From NCBI RefSeq assembly GCF_009914755.1, contig NC_060947.1: DNA of 64,000 nt. One strand, given 5' to 3'. Both the position numbers and the translations under genes were made by a program. Below are positions 1 through 13,141 of this stretch, one piece after another. Below the pieces are notes generated by a model that was given only the letters and a program-made list of their open reading frames with translations, was not told where the DNA came from and made no database searches. Origin of the DNA: the human T2T-CHM13v2.0 reference genome, Homo sapiens. Position 1 is the stretch's first letter. Every line of letters begins with the position of its first letter.

Positions 1-52
1 ATACTACAACTTTTTACATAAGGCACTTGAGCATCTGTGGATTTTGGTATCT
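1..52 (+). mobile_element. Tigger/MER2-like DNA transposon fragment
   Basis: cttgagcatctgtggattttggtatc resembles the MER2-type terminal region. Confidence 0.45.
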
Positions 53-283
53 ATCTCCTATCTGCTACAGGAGAAAAAAATCCAATGAATGTGACCATTG
101 TTTAGAAATGTCACCTATACTTTAAGGTAAATTGTTTGATTAAAATGATTTGATATTACTTTTAGAGAGGTTTGAGGCTAGAGTTGGATCAAAGTGATCA
201 GGTTGTGATGAAATCTTCCAGGTTGGATGCTTTGGGTTAAGCTACACTTTGGTTTGTCGAAGCGCACTTTCCAGTACGCTTAC

Positions 284-430
284 CATGTTATGACTTATTA
301 GTCTTGGAACTAATTCCCCATAGGGGATCACGGTATTGCTTCTTAGCATTTTTAGAGAATTGTAGTTAGTCACTAAATATTTCTTTAATTGAATTTAATA
401 AAGGTGGTTTACATTCCAATATGAAATTAT
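284..430 (-). pseudogene. Fossil exon (147 nt, phase 1-1)
   Basis: cattcctag|AT ... CATG|gtaagc; reads NFILECKPPLLNSIKEIFSD*LQFSKNAKKQYRDPLWG; splices in frame to the acceptor at 114, giving H-G-D-I-S-K-Q-W-S. Confidence 0.5.
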
Positions 431-674
431 CTAGGAATGATAACTAACAATATTTTAAATACTGAACTTATTTTATATCCATAGAGTTCAGATGTTTAAT
501 ATCTTATGTAGAAAAAATGAAAGGTAATGTTATATTTGGTGTGATTTTTAATAATTATGAATGAAAAAATCTTACATTTTTTTAGAAATGTCATTTCTAA
601 TTGTGCAAAATCTCGTGATTTTACAAATAATCAGTGTAGATGTCCTTATTTGTCACTGGACAAATGGGTCTTAC

Positions 675-869
675 TCTATTGATTATTAAACTAAACCTTA
701 TTGAAAGTGAAGTAAATATCAGAAACTTTTCTGAATTAAAATTAATTTTAGAAGCTTTCCAGCAATCCATGATTATTCTTCCTTTAATTTTGGACAACAT
801 CATTACAACACACTGCACTTTTTAAGAACTTTCATTAACTGATGCATGTTATGCCATTTCAATATTGAT
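675..869 (-). pseudogene. Fossil exon (195 nt)
   Basis: tctttttcaatag|AT ... TAGA|gtaaga; many stops; contains NGITC. Confidence 0.4.
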
Positions 870-3489
870 CTATTGAAAAAGATATTCATTTTTTTCCATG
901 TTACAGTGTCAGAAATAAGCCTTTTATTTAATATTTCAGGGAGCCAAAACTAGAATTAATATCCCATATCTATGTAAATACCAAATTAGGTCACATTGAT
1001 ATAACTAAAGCACTAAACAAATGATCTCAGCAGCAAAATGTCATATTCAGGGCTCTTGGGTGGTCCTAATTAATCAGCTTTCCCAGGTGTGACATTTCCC
1101 CTTCAGTCTGAATTATGTCCAAGATGAGTCTTAGGCACTATCTGATGCTCAAGCAGTTTATTCTGGCAGTGCTCTTACAAGACAGAGAGTGGGAACAGGC
1201 TAGTATCATAAACCAGATACAGTCAGGGAGTCAAATGACCTATTATTTATGAAATTTCCATCTGGGGACCAATCTCAAAGTGTGGGAGAGTTTTCTCCCT
1301 TTCTTATACCTGTATACTCAGTCCAGGTCAGTTACCAGATGTTTTGTTCATAAAGGGAGCTTAAGCTATTCTTGTAAAACTGAGCTTTGTTTTAAGGTTT
1401 ATGAGAATTGTAAGTATGCTGAAGTGGTCTCTCCTGGAAATCCCTGGGCCAGGGATGAAAATCCCCAGTCCAAATTTCATCATAATGTGAGATGTGTGAG
1501 TGGACCTTATGGCTATCATTAATCTTACAGCCAGAAAATGTCTCTTATACTATATACACATAGCATATAATATCATTATAAGAATTGAAAACTAAGAAAT
1601 AGAAAACCTTTAACATTAGGCTTAACATTATTATCTGCAATGAAGAATTAATATTAGAGGAAACTTTTCCATTAGTGGTTTGAGAATTTTAAAGAAATGT
1701 ATGATTAGGAATTAAGTAGTTACCATTCTTTACTATAATTCTGAATATCTAAGAAAGAAACCAAGTCAATAATAAGAATAAAATGGAAATGTGCTAAATT
1801 AGCTAAATACAGAAGTACATGTGGAATTGAATGGCAAGTGAGAACTTAGTGCAGATTGCTAAAAAAAAAAAAAAGAAAGAAAGAAAGAAAAGAAAAACAG
1901 GAGCATTAGAAAACAGTATGCATTCCTGTGCTGGGATACAACTTTGAATGCTATGATAAGGCAAAGGGAACAGCAGTACTTCTGTTCCACACTGAATTCA
2001 CAATATACATTGATAGAGTAGCACCCTAAGAAGAGCAAACCAGAGCACTGGAACTCACCAGTTAGGATTCAGTTACCCTTTAGACCGCTAAAGAAGGGTC
2101 CAAGCTACGTATGTCTGAAAACTGTGTATAAAAAATAATAGCAAAGAATAATGAAAGTATGACTTTTTAAATGAGGTTCATCCATATTTTAAAAATGAAA
2201 AGGAGAAGGCTGTATTTAACTTTTCCTTTGATTGTCCTCCCACCCCTCCCAGGCTTTATCTTCCTTTTCCTCTTAGGCATTTAGAATGTATTAGCTGTAA
2301 CTCTCATGTTGCTCAGGGCCTTCGGTTTTCCTAGGGGTGCCTCAGAGTATCACTGCTAAGATGTAAGGAGCTTCAAGATCCAAGAAGCCCCTCCACCCTC
2401 AGTTCTGCTGGGGCAGCTGCTCCTTTTATCTGTTTATAGTTTTGTGCAAGATCTCATTTTTTAAAAATAACTGCTTTAAAGTTTGAAAAATACTATTCCA
2501 GCTCTCTTAAAATTCATTCTCAAAAAATGTATTTTCTATTGATCTGTCAAAGTAGTTTTTTTTAAATCACATTAGTACCCCTTATTTCTCTATGTAAAGG
2601 GAGGGAAATTTACAATAATTTTGCTTTTTAAAAGTGTTTCAACACCACAAAGCAAATATTTGAAGAATTTATTATAAAGAAAGAAGGTTCTTAATTTCAA
2701 AGTTAATATTTTTCCATGGAAATACTGTGAACCTTGATTGAGACATGCTTAAAGCTATTTCTATAGAGCTCCAAGTCTTTATGAGCCTTGGTTTCCTTAT
2801 CTGCAAAATAGAAATATTGCTTATTTTTTAGAGGTTTGGGGAAGATTCAATGATACAAAAATCCTAGTGTAAAAGGCCCCAGCTATGGCCTCAAAAGTGT
2901 TATTTGCTGTCAGGAAATCAAACCACAAAGAAAGCTCACAACTTTATCTTAGTTTTTAAAGTCTTATTTATACCTTTCATTTTTAAAAAGAACATAAATA
3001 GTAAATGAAAAATGTAAAAAATATGCAAAGCCTGGAAGAGCAATCAAATAGGAAAAACACATAGTTATATAAAAATTAGCCTGTTGCAATTAGCAACAAT
3101 TGCTTTTATGCCCCCTACTATGACAGCAATATAATCTCTGAGATGGCAGAACCATGTGCCATAGCTGGGAGCATCATAATTCTGGCTTGCTGATCAGTTC
3201 TGACTAATAGCTCTTGTTCTTGGAATTTACTTTGACATTCACTTTAGTTTCTCTAGTTCTGACCTTCTTTTGGCCACTGGCCTTATTTGAACTTTCCTGC
3301 TTGGGTCTGATATTTCCTATAACAATTCTTTCATACTCCCATTTCTGGGATTTTTCAGTGCTGGTGGTACAGTCCATTCATGAGTGGGCCTACTCGGGGC
3401 TTTGGAAATGTGCCCAAGTCTCTCACCTGTCTATCTCAGCTTTTGTCTCTTACACTCTCAGAGTATCTGGAAAAATGGAATTAACTTTA

Positions 3490-3632
3490 TTCCTTCCTTC
3501 CCACACTCCCCCCTTCCTTCTTTCCCTCCTTCCTTTCTTCCTCTCATCCTTTTCTTCTTGGTTACCTTCCTTCCTGCCATCTTCCTTTCTTGCCTTTCTT
3601 TCGTGCCTTTCTTTCTTTCTTTCTTTCTTTCA
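3490..3632. repeat. Pyrimidine-rich low-complexity tract, (CCTT)n/(CTTT)n
   Basis: Directly visible. Confidence 0.85.
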
Positions 3633-3649
3633 ACTTTAGAGAAAAATAA

Positions 3650-5250
3650 ACTAACAATTTACTAAGTGTCTGGCACTTTGAAAGGTACTGGAAATACAAT
3701 GGAAAAATAGATATGACCCCTGCTTGCGTGAAGTATATGTCTAGGGCAGGGATGTAAACATTAAAAATATATCCACACAAATAATTTTAAAATGTCAACT
3801 GTGCATGTAGAGGTAGACAGTCTTCTGAGAGTCTTTAACAGAAATGTTTTACTTTGTGAGGTATCACTGGAAAAGTGACACTAAAGTTGATATTAAGTAG
3901 GTGTATAGGACTAACTTCTGTGAAGAGTAAGAGCAATAAAATACATTGATTAGAAGAAATATGAACAAAGACCTTATGTTGGGCAGGAGCACTGATTGTG
4001 TCATATATAATAGGTAAGAAACTAAATGTGTGGGACAGAAAATTCAGGAGACCATTGAGAATCTTGATGAGAAGATGGTTTTTTTGCGGTCAAGGATAAA
4101 AGCTTCCATTTTGCTCAAAGACTAGTGCATACAAACATAAGAGTCAAAATTCATGCAATTTACTCATATAACAAATCTGCATATGTACCCTCTGAACACA
4201 AAAGTTGGAAGAAAAAAATGGAAAAAATAAAAATAAGAGTAAAATAAACTTATTTTCAGTAGTTATTTTTTAGGGTTTAACAGATGTTGCATGAGGTTCA
4301 GGGTTTTTGACACCCTCAGCTATAATGATAGCAGCACTAGAAGTTGCAAAGTCACACAAAATGAGGGCTAGCTGATGTTTAGTAAGGGAAGCTTATTATC
4401 TGCATAAGGTATATTTTTACAAAGCAGGAAACTGGGGCCCAAAGAAAATAAGAAATATATATCAGATTACATTTCTGAGAAACAGCTGAAATCATAGCAC
4501 CTGTACTCTGCCTAAATAATAAAGTATTCATTCAGAAATAATTAATATTTTCCTACTATGTGCTGGTCACAATTTCAAGTACTGGGAATTCTGTGCTCAT
4601 AAAACTCATAATATTATGAAGAACCCTGCAAAATGCAGTGTGAACAGTTTATAATGCACATACATTTATTAAATAGGCACTAAAATTAATCATGCTGTCT
4701 TAGGGAAGACTTACTGGAGCAAATGACGTCCACTTTCAGGTGGGGCAATTGAGAAACACAAGCCAGGCAACAGGGGTTTCAAATGTGAATTTGTCAGTCA
4801 CGTAGAATAGGATATGAGAAAGGCAAGAGTTGAGAGGAAGAGATAAGTGGGTATTGAAAAATAAGAACAAAGCAATAAAAAGCCAAATTATTAAGAAATT
4901 TGTTAGCCATGGTAAGGAATTTGGATTCATTCTATGAGCAATGGAGGTCACTATAGGAGTAATAAGATCAGATTTGCATTTTAGAAGGACCCCTGTGGCT
5001 GCATTGGGGGGATGCAGAGTGAAAGGGCAAAACTGGAGGCAAAAACATGTGTTAAGAAACTGCTTAAATTATGCATCCAAGGAATGTGGGGATCTGTTTT
5101 AGGATGGGAACAGTGAATAGAAAGAGAGGTGAAACCATTCCAAAAATGTACAGAAAGTAAAATTGATGTTACTTGGTGCTTAAATGTATCAGGGTGGCAG
5201 ATGAGAAGATAGGGAGAGACAAGGAAGTGTGAGAATAGCACCGAGGTTTT
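3650..5250 (-). mobile_element. L2 fragments (with a short L1 3' end at about 4150-4240)
   Basis: Purine-rich antisense L2 motifs, e.g. gaatttggattcattctatgagcaatggagg...agatcagatttgcattttagaag. Confidence 0.6.
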
Positions 5251-6089
5251 ACCATAAATCTTCCCTAGGAGTATTTTTAAAGATGGTGAGTTAAAATAGC
5301 TGTGAATTTGATTTTTATTATACTGGTTGCCTCTATGCATATATTCCTAAACAATACGTTCTTTAATTTTGCCAGTTTTCTGAATCTTATCTAAGTGGAA
5401 TATTCTTCTGTGACTTGCTTCTTTCTCTCAGGATTATATGTTTGACATTCATCTGTGTGGTTGTGTTTAGCAGTAGTTCATTCAATTTCATGGCTATCTA
5501 GTGTGTTGAATGAATATACCAAAATTAATTTATCTATTACATGAATGATATTCATTTGAGTGTTTCCAAATTTTTCAGTTATGAAAATGCTGAGAACATC
5601 ATTTTACATGTCTCCTGATACATATGTGTAACAGTTTCTCTAAGATAATCATCCAGGAGTAGAACTCTAGGTTGTATGTATTCCAGGGCTTATATCCATT
5701 TATGCCTCACTTACAATTATAAATTCCAGATGTGCCACATCCATGTCCGTGCCTGATATTGTCTGGCTTTTCTTTTTCTCTCACTTTCTCCTTCTGTTTC
5801 ACTCTCCCCTTTCTGTTCTTCATACCCTTCCTTCCTTCTTTCCTTTCTTTTTTAATCTATTGACTGTTAATGAAGATAAACATTTTTCATACATTTTGTA
5901 TTCATTTATATTTCTCAATTGGAATTTTCTGTTCAAAATTTCCTCACTTTTCTATTGGATTGTTCATATTTTAATTATTTTTAAAGAATTGTTTCTATAT
6001 TGTGAATACTATTGATTTATCCGTTATATGTGCTGCAATTTTTCCTCAGTTGAGACATTATTTTTCCCTTTAAAAAATGGATCCTACCC

Positions 6090-6490
6090 AGGAATGGATA
6101 ATTAAACACTGCATGTTGTCATTCATGTTGAAGCTAAAAAAAAGTTGATATCGTAGGAGTAAAAAGTAAAACAGAGGGTATTAGAGATTCGGAAGGGGTG
6201 CAGAATGGGGAGACAGAGATTTGTTGAGGGATACAAAATTATAGCTTGATGGGGGAATAAGTTCTAGTGTTCTATAGCACTGAAGGATAAATACAATTAA
6301 CAATAATACATTATATCGTTTCAAATGGCTAGAAGGAGGATATTGAATGCTCCCAACACCAAGAAATAAAAGTTTGAGATGATGGATAGGCTAATTACCC
6401 TGATCCAATCACTATACGTTATATGTATCAACATGTACCACATAAATATGTACAATTATTATGTACCAATTTAAAAATAAAATAAAAATT
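6090..6490 (+). mobile_element. L1MA-type 3' end
   Basis: gaataagttctagtgttctatagcactg...gatggataggctaattaccctgat...tgtacaattattatgt followed by an A-rich tail. Confidence 0.75.
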
Positions 6491-6562
6491 TAAAATTGTA
6501 TCCTGAGACAAAAGGCAATGTTTAATTTTAAAGTAGTAAATGTAATAATTTCTTATTATTTT

Positions 6563-6876
<314 letters not shown>

Positions 6877-9457
6877 ATTTCTTATTATTTTTATACTTTC
6901 TGTGTCTACCTTTAAAAACCGATCTCTTCCCAGTAGTCGTAAAGATAATTTCCTAAGTTGCCTTCTAAAGCTGCATAGATAGAGCTCTCATATTAAAACT
7001 ATAATTCCCCATGAAAATGATTTTCTTTGGTATGGTATAGGTTCAATCCCAAAGCTTTTCCCTGTGAATAATATGTCGTTCTCACTTCCTGTATAGCCCA
7101 GGTAATCTCAGTAGGTCCATATTGACCACATACTTATCTCCACGCAGCTCTGAAGCCTGGCACTGACACTTGAGCAATGCTGTGGAGTACAGTAACTAGA
7201 GAGAAATAATGCCCAGTAACCATAAGTACATGAAGTGTTTCAGAGTATGACATAGCCAGCCGGTCAGCACTATTTAGTAATAATGATTGGATGTTTTATT
7301 TGCACTTGGTTTCAGTGACATAGGCTAGCGGGGTTGATGGTGAAGGTTGATCTACATTTTCAAGCATACAAGTAGTGGTTTGAGACCTAGAGGCAAAGTA
7401 AGGCATGTGCGACCCAGTGATGGGAGGACAAAGAAGCCTGCTCTTCATTCTCTGCACCCTTCAGTGCATATCCTGTTGAAGTCCGGTATCCTTTACCTCT
7501 AAGAAAGCTGTTTTGTAAGTGTAACTGATTGTGTACTTTGAGTTCTTCTAGCAATTAAAAACTTAAGGCAATCAATATCTAATTAATACGCTTCATTTAT
7601 TGAGGTCCCTCAGTTCTGATATAAATTAAGTTTGCATGTATGGTGATCCTTCTTCTGAGGTTTGTTTTTCTTTTTTTTCCTTCCAATTTTCTATCCCTAT
7701 ATGACCATCCTGTTATCCTAATTAATGACTACTTTATAATAATATTTAATATTTGGTAAAATAATTCTTTGCCATGTGCTTCATATGGAGTACGTTATAT
7801 AATCTTGGAAGCTTGCTCTCCATATAAATTTGAGAGCCAGCCTGGCAAGTTTATTAAAAACAACCACAACAAAAGTTCATGAAACTACCTGGTCCCTGTG
7901 TTTTCTTTATAGAGACTTTATAAAGTGGCAGATTGAATTTATTGTATTGGAAATTATTCAAATAGACAGAATATTCTTAGGTCGGTTTGGTAAGTTCTAT
8001 TTTTCCAGTTTAGTTTTTTCTTATTTATTGGCATAAAATTGTTCATAATATTCTATTATTATGTTTTAGTTTCCTTTGCATTTGAAAATTTACCCCTGTT
8101 AATTCCTAATACTTATTGGCGATCCTCTCTTTTATTGATCACTCTTGGGGAAGTTATGTCAATTTTATTATTCATTTAAAATAATTATTTTCTGTAACTT
8201 TAATGTTTATATGTTAATACTATTTTATTAATTACTACTCTTAAACTTGCTTCCTTTTAATGTCTTTATTGATTTGTCTTTTCCATTGAATGTTCAGCAT
8301 ACATAAGTTTAAGACTATCTTGCTTTGTAATATAGAGTATAGATTTAGTCTTCATACCACTTAGCTGGGCTAATTTTGATATACAATACTTTCCTTGGCA
8401 TCAATTTTAAATGCTAATATTTTTTATTTCCATTATGATTTTCACTTATACCCAATGTGTTAGAGAACTATTTCTTGGCTTCCAAATATAGATGTTGTTT
8501 TTAAATTTCCAACTTAATTTCCTTGTGTAAGAAGGCATAGTCATCATGAAAACAATCCTTTGAAGCCTTTTAGACTGGCTTTTTGATTCAGAATATTGTC
8601 CATTTTCATTAAATGATCTCTGTGCTTGAAAATAATATGTATTTGCCACTGGATGATTACAACTTTATACATGTAATAGATCAAGCTTTTTAACTATGTT
8701 GTTCAACTTTTATATATTCTTTACATATGTTTCCTGCTTGGTATTTCATTTTCTGAGATATACTTTGAAAATAACTCTGATGCTGATTATTTTGTCCAAT
8801 TCTCCTTCAAGTTCTATCTCATTTATGTTTTATTTGTTGGCTTTATTGGTAAACTCTGATATATAATGCATATGAATGAACAATTGAATCATTTTTATTA
8901 CATGCCAACACTCTTTACTGCTGATGATACTTGTAACACTTAAAATCTAATTTGCATGATATTGATAAAGCTACACTATATTTCTTGTAGTTGCTTTCCC
9001 TAGTACGTAGTTTTCTATGACTTTATCTTTAGTCTTTCTCTGTACTTATTATTTATGTAGCTCTCTTGTGAACAGCATGTGGTTGGATTTCTTTTTCTAA
9101 AATCAACTTTTTAATCTTTATTTGTATTTAAAGAGTATAATGTGTGTGTATGCAATAACTGATATATTTTGGCTTAGATCTATCAGCTTAGTCTGTGCTT
9201 TCTTATTGTTCTTGCATTTCTAAAGCTTGTTTCTACTTTCTTCTCATTTGTACTTATTGATTTACCTCATACTACTTAATTCATTTTCCTTGTCTAGAAA
9301 TTATAAAATGTACTTAATTCTGCTAACATTAACTATTACTTTTGAGTATGTATAGCTTAATTAATAAAATCTAATATTAACAGATATTTTCTTCCTCTGC
9401 ATTCAAGGACCTTAGATCACATTACCCTTATGACCTCTTCCTGCCTTATATAGCCTT

Positions 9458-10031
9458 TGTGATGGTGAATATTAGGTGACTAATATTAACTGAAATGAGG
9501 GTTGCCTAGATGGCTGGCAAAGTATTGTTTCTGGGTATGTCTGTAAGGGTGTAGCCAGGGGAGATGGACATTTGAATCAATGGACTTGAAGAGGAAGATT
9601 CACCCTCGTGGGGATAGGTACCATCCAATCAGCTACCAGGGTGGCTACAAAACAGGCAGAAGAAGGGGCACACAGTTTGCTGAATCTTTTGTTTTCTCTC
9701 TCTTCCTGTGCTAGACACGGCTTTCATTCCTTCTGCTCTTGAACATTAGACTCCAGGTTCTTTGGGCTTTGGACTCTGGAACTTGCACTAGCAGCCTCCC
9801 GGGGGCTCTCAGGCCTTTGGCCAGAGACTGAAGCCTACATGGTCAGCTTCCTTAGTTTTGAAGCTTTTGGACATGAACTGAGCCACTACTGGCTTCTCTC
9901 TTTCCCCAGCTTGCAGATGACTCATCATGGGACTTTGCCTTGTAATCGTGTGAGCCAATTCTCTCTGATAAACTCCCTTCTATATATACATATATCCTAT
10001 TAATTATGTCCCTCTGGAGAACCCTAATACA
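9458..10031 (+). mobile_element. MLT2A-type (ERVL) solo LTR
   Basis: tgtgatggtgaatatt...cctctggagaaccctaataca; near-TSD gcctt/gactt. Confidence 0.85.
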
Positions 10032-10131
10032 GACTTCATATTTTATTTTGATATTATTTAACTTTCAAAGTCATTAGTCTTATATTATTTCATTCCACCA
10101 ATGTCTGTTTGATTTAATAAAATGTACCACT

Positions 10132-10491
10132 TGATATGTTTTGGCTGTGTCTTCATCGAAATCCCATCTTGAACCGTAGTTCTCATAATCCCCACGTGTC
10201 ATGAGAGGTAATTGAATCATGGGGACGGTTAGTCTCATGCTGTTTTCATGATAGTGAGTAAGTTCTCATAAGATCTCATGGTTTTATAAGGAGCTTTTCC
10301 CCCTTTGCTCTGCACTTCTCCTTCCCGCCCCCATGTGAAGAAGGATGAGTTTGCTTCCCCTTCTGCCAGATTGTAAGTTTCCTGAGGCCTCTCCAGCCAT
10401 GCTGAACTGTGAGTCAATTAAACCTCTGTCCTTTATAAATTACTCAGTTTTGGGCATGTCTTTATTAGCAGCGTGAGAACAGACTAATACA
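10132..10491 (+). mobile_element. THE1C-like MaLR solo LTR
   Basis: tgatatg...gactaataca; perfect 5-bp TSD CCACT. Confidence 0.92.
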
Positions 10492-11299
10492 CCACTTTTC
10501 TTGTTTATCTTTTCTTCTTGTTTATCAAACCATAAATATGGCATCTCTTTCTTTATCTCTGAAGTAACTCTTTCAGAATTTCCATTACTGTGGATTTTTT
10601 AAGGGTAAATTTTTAAATTTTATTTGTCTGATATTGTCTTTGTTGCACCTTCATTTTGAGATACGGTTTTGCTAAGTTTACAATTTTAGATTTGCTCTTA
10701 TTTCTCTCGGCAAATTTGGGATATTATTCACTGTTTCTGGGCAACCAATATTTTCTTTTGAGAAGATAATTGCCAAGCTTTTAAAAAATATTTTATAAAA
10801 GCATCCCTTCTCTATGCCTGCTTAGATGTTTCCTTTGCTTTTTCTATCCTTTATTTTAGTGTGATATTTGTAGGTATAGATTTCTTTATAATTTTTCATC
10901 TTGAGATAGGGTGCTCCTATGTGAGCATTTCTGTATTTCTTCGCCACCAAAAGATTTCCGTCATCATTTCTGTATTTTTCTAGTCTCATTCTTTCTCATT
11001 CCTTTTCTAAGACTCCTATTAGATATATTAGACATCTCACTATAACTTCCGTATTTCTTAAGTTTTCTTCTATAGTTTTAAAAAACGTGCTTTCTGTGTA
11101 ACATTTTAGAAAAAAGACTTTCTCTTTTCATTGCACAGCAGCACCAATTTTATCAAGTGTCTGTATGCTAACAGATTTGATCTGTTCTGTATTCTAACTG
11201 TCCATTCATGTGTCAATATCAATGTGCCTTATTTACAGTTGCTTTATAATGGTACTGATGTCCAAGAAACTTAGTCCTCCTAACTTACCCTTATTGGTT

Positions 11300-13140
11300 C
11301 TATTGTGTTAAAAAACACATATCATAGTTTGCCATCTTAACCATTTTTAATATATGATAATGTTAAGTATATTTACATTGTTTTGAAACAGATCTCCAGA
11401 ACTTTTTCAACTTAAATTTAAACTCCATACTACAGAATTTAAACTTCATACTCATTAACCAACAATGCCCCCTTTCCTCCTCCCCTAGCTTCTGGTACTT
11501 TCTAGCTCTAAAAATCTGCCTATTTTTAGAAACTTCATATAAGTGTAATCATTTATTATTTATTATTTTGTGACTGGCTTATTTCATTTAGCATAATGTC
11601 CTCATTTGTATTTTAGAATGGAATAGAATTTCCTTACTTTTCAAGGCTGTATAATATTCCTGCATAAATACAACACATTTTGCTCATCCAGTCCTCTATC
11701 AGTGGACATTTGAGTTGTTTCTACCTCATGGCTATTGTGATTACTGCTGTTATAAACACAGGTGTAAAAATATCTCTTCAGGACTCTGCTTTCAGTTCAT
11801 TTCACTCTATACCCAGAAGTGAGGTTGTCAGATCATATGGCATTCTATTAATTGTTTGAGGAACCACCATTCTGTTTTCCATAGCAGTTGCATAATTTTA
11901 CATTTCTACCAACAGGCTGCAAGGGTCACGCACCTTCTCCATATCCCCACCAAAACTTGTTATTTTCTATTTTGGGGGGTAGTAGCTATTTTTAATAGGT
12001 GTAGGATAAAATATCATTGTAGTTTTGATTTGCATTTTTTGATGATTAGTGATGTTTTACATCTTTTCATATGATTTTTGGCTATTTGTATATTATGTAC
12101 TTAGAAATGTCTATTCATGTCCTTTGCTCATTTTTTAAACAGGTTATTTGATATTTTTGTTATTGAATTTTAGTAGTTGTTCATATATTATAGAAATTAA
12201 TTCCTTATCAGATATATAATTTGCAAATATTTTTCCCATTCTATTGGTTGCCTTTTTACTCTGTTAATTGTGTCCTTTTATTAGCAAAAGTTTTTTTAAG
12301 TTTGAGGTAGTCCGTTTTGTCTGCTTGCTTTTGTTTTTCTGTACTTTTGGTTTCAAATGCAATAAATCATTGCCAAATGCAGTGTCATGGAGCCTTTTCT
12401 CCTATGGTTTTTTCTAGGACTTTATAGTTTGGACTTACATTTAGGTCTTTAATCCATTTTGATTTGTTTTTCATAAATGATGTAGGTCCAATGTCTTTCT
12501 TTTGCATATGGATATCTAGTTTTAGAAGCACCATTTGTTGAAGATATCATGCTTTCCCCATTGAGTAGTCTTGGAGCTACTGTGAAAGATAATTTGACCA
12601 TACACATGAGGGTTTATTTCTCGACTGCCTATTCTATTCTATTGTCTTATATATCTGTCATGATACCAGTACCACAATGATTTGATTAGTGTAGCTTTGT
12701 AATATGTTTTAAAATCTGAAAGCATGAGGCCTCCAGCTGTGTTCTTCTTTTTGAAAATTGTTTTAGCTATTCAGAGTATTTTGAAATTCCATATGAATTT
12801 TAGAATTTTTGATTTCCTAAAAAAATTGCTGTTGAGATTTAATAGAGTTGCATTGAATCTATAAATCATGTTGGGTAGAATTGATATCTTAATATTAAGT
12901 CTTCCAACTCCCAAACACAGAATGTCCTTCCATTTATTTGAGTACACTTTAATTTCTTTCAGCAATGATTTGTAGTTTTCTGCATACAAGACATTAACCT
13001 TCCAAGTTAGGTTTCTTCTTAAGTAGTATTAGGTTGGTGTAAATGTAATTGTATTTTTTCCATTGAAAGTAGTGGCAAAAACTGCAATTACTTTTGTGCC
13101 AACCTAATAATTCATTTAAAAGCTATTTCAAATGAAATGA
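11300..13140 (-). mobile_element. L1MB-type element (resumes at about 15411-15630 after the L1PA insertion)
   Basis: Antisense L1 3'UTR and ORF2; ORF 12771-12989 (YAENYKSLLKEIK...) is ORF2p-like. Confidence 0.8.
13029..13107. mobile_element. MADE1 (Hsmar1-derived MITE)
   Basis: About 80-bp near-palindrome ttaggttggtg...gccaacctaa flanked by TA. Confidence 0.9.
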
Positions 13141-13141
13141 T

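Noticed and set aside
640-825. Plus-strand 61-aa protein-like ORF
   Set aside because: No supporting splice structure on plus; the region is better explained as a minus-strand fossil exon.
3214-3665. 141-aa and 93-aa hydrophobic ORFs
   Set aside because: Produced by the pyrimidine low-complexity tract, which lacks stop codons.
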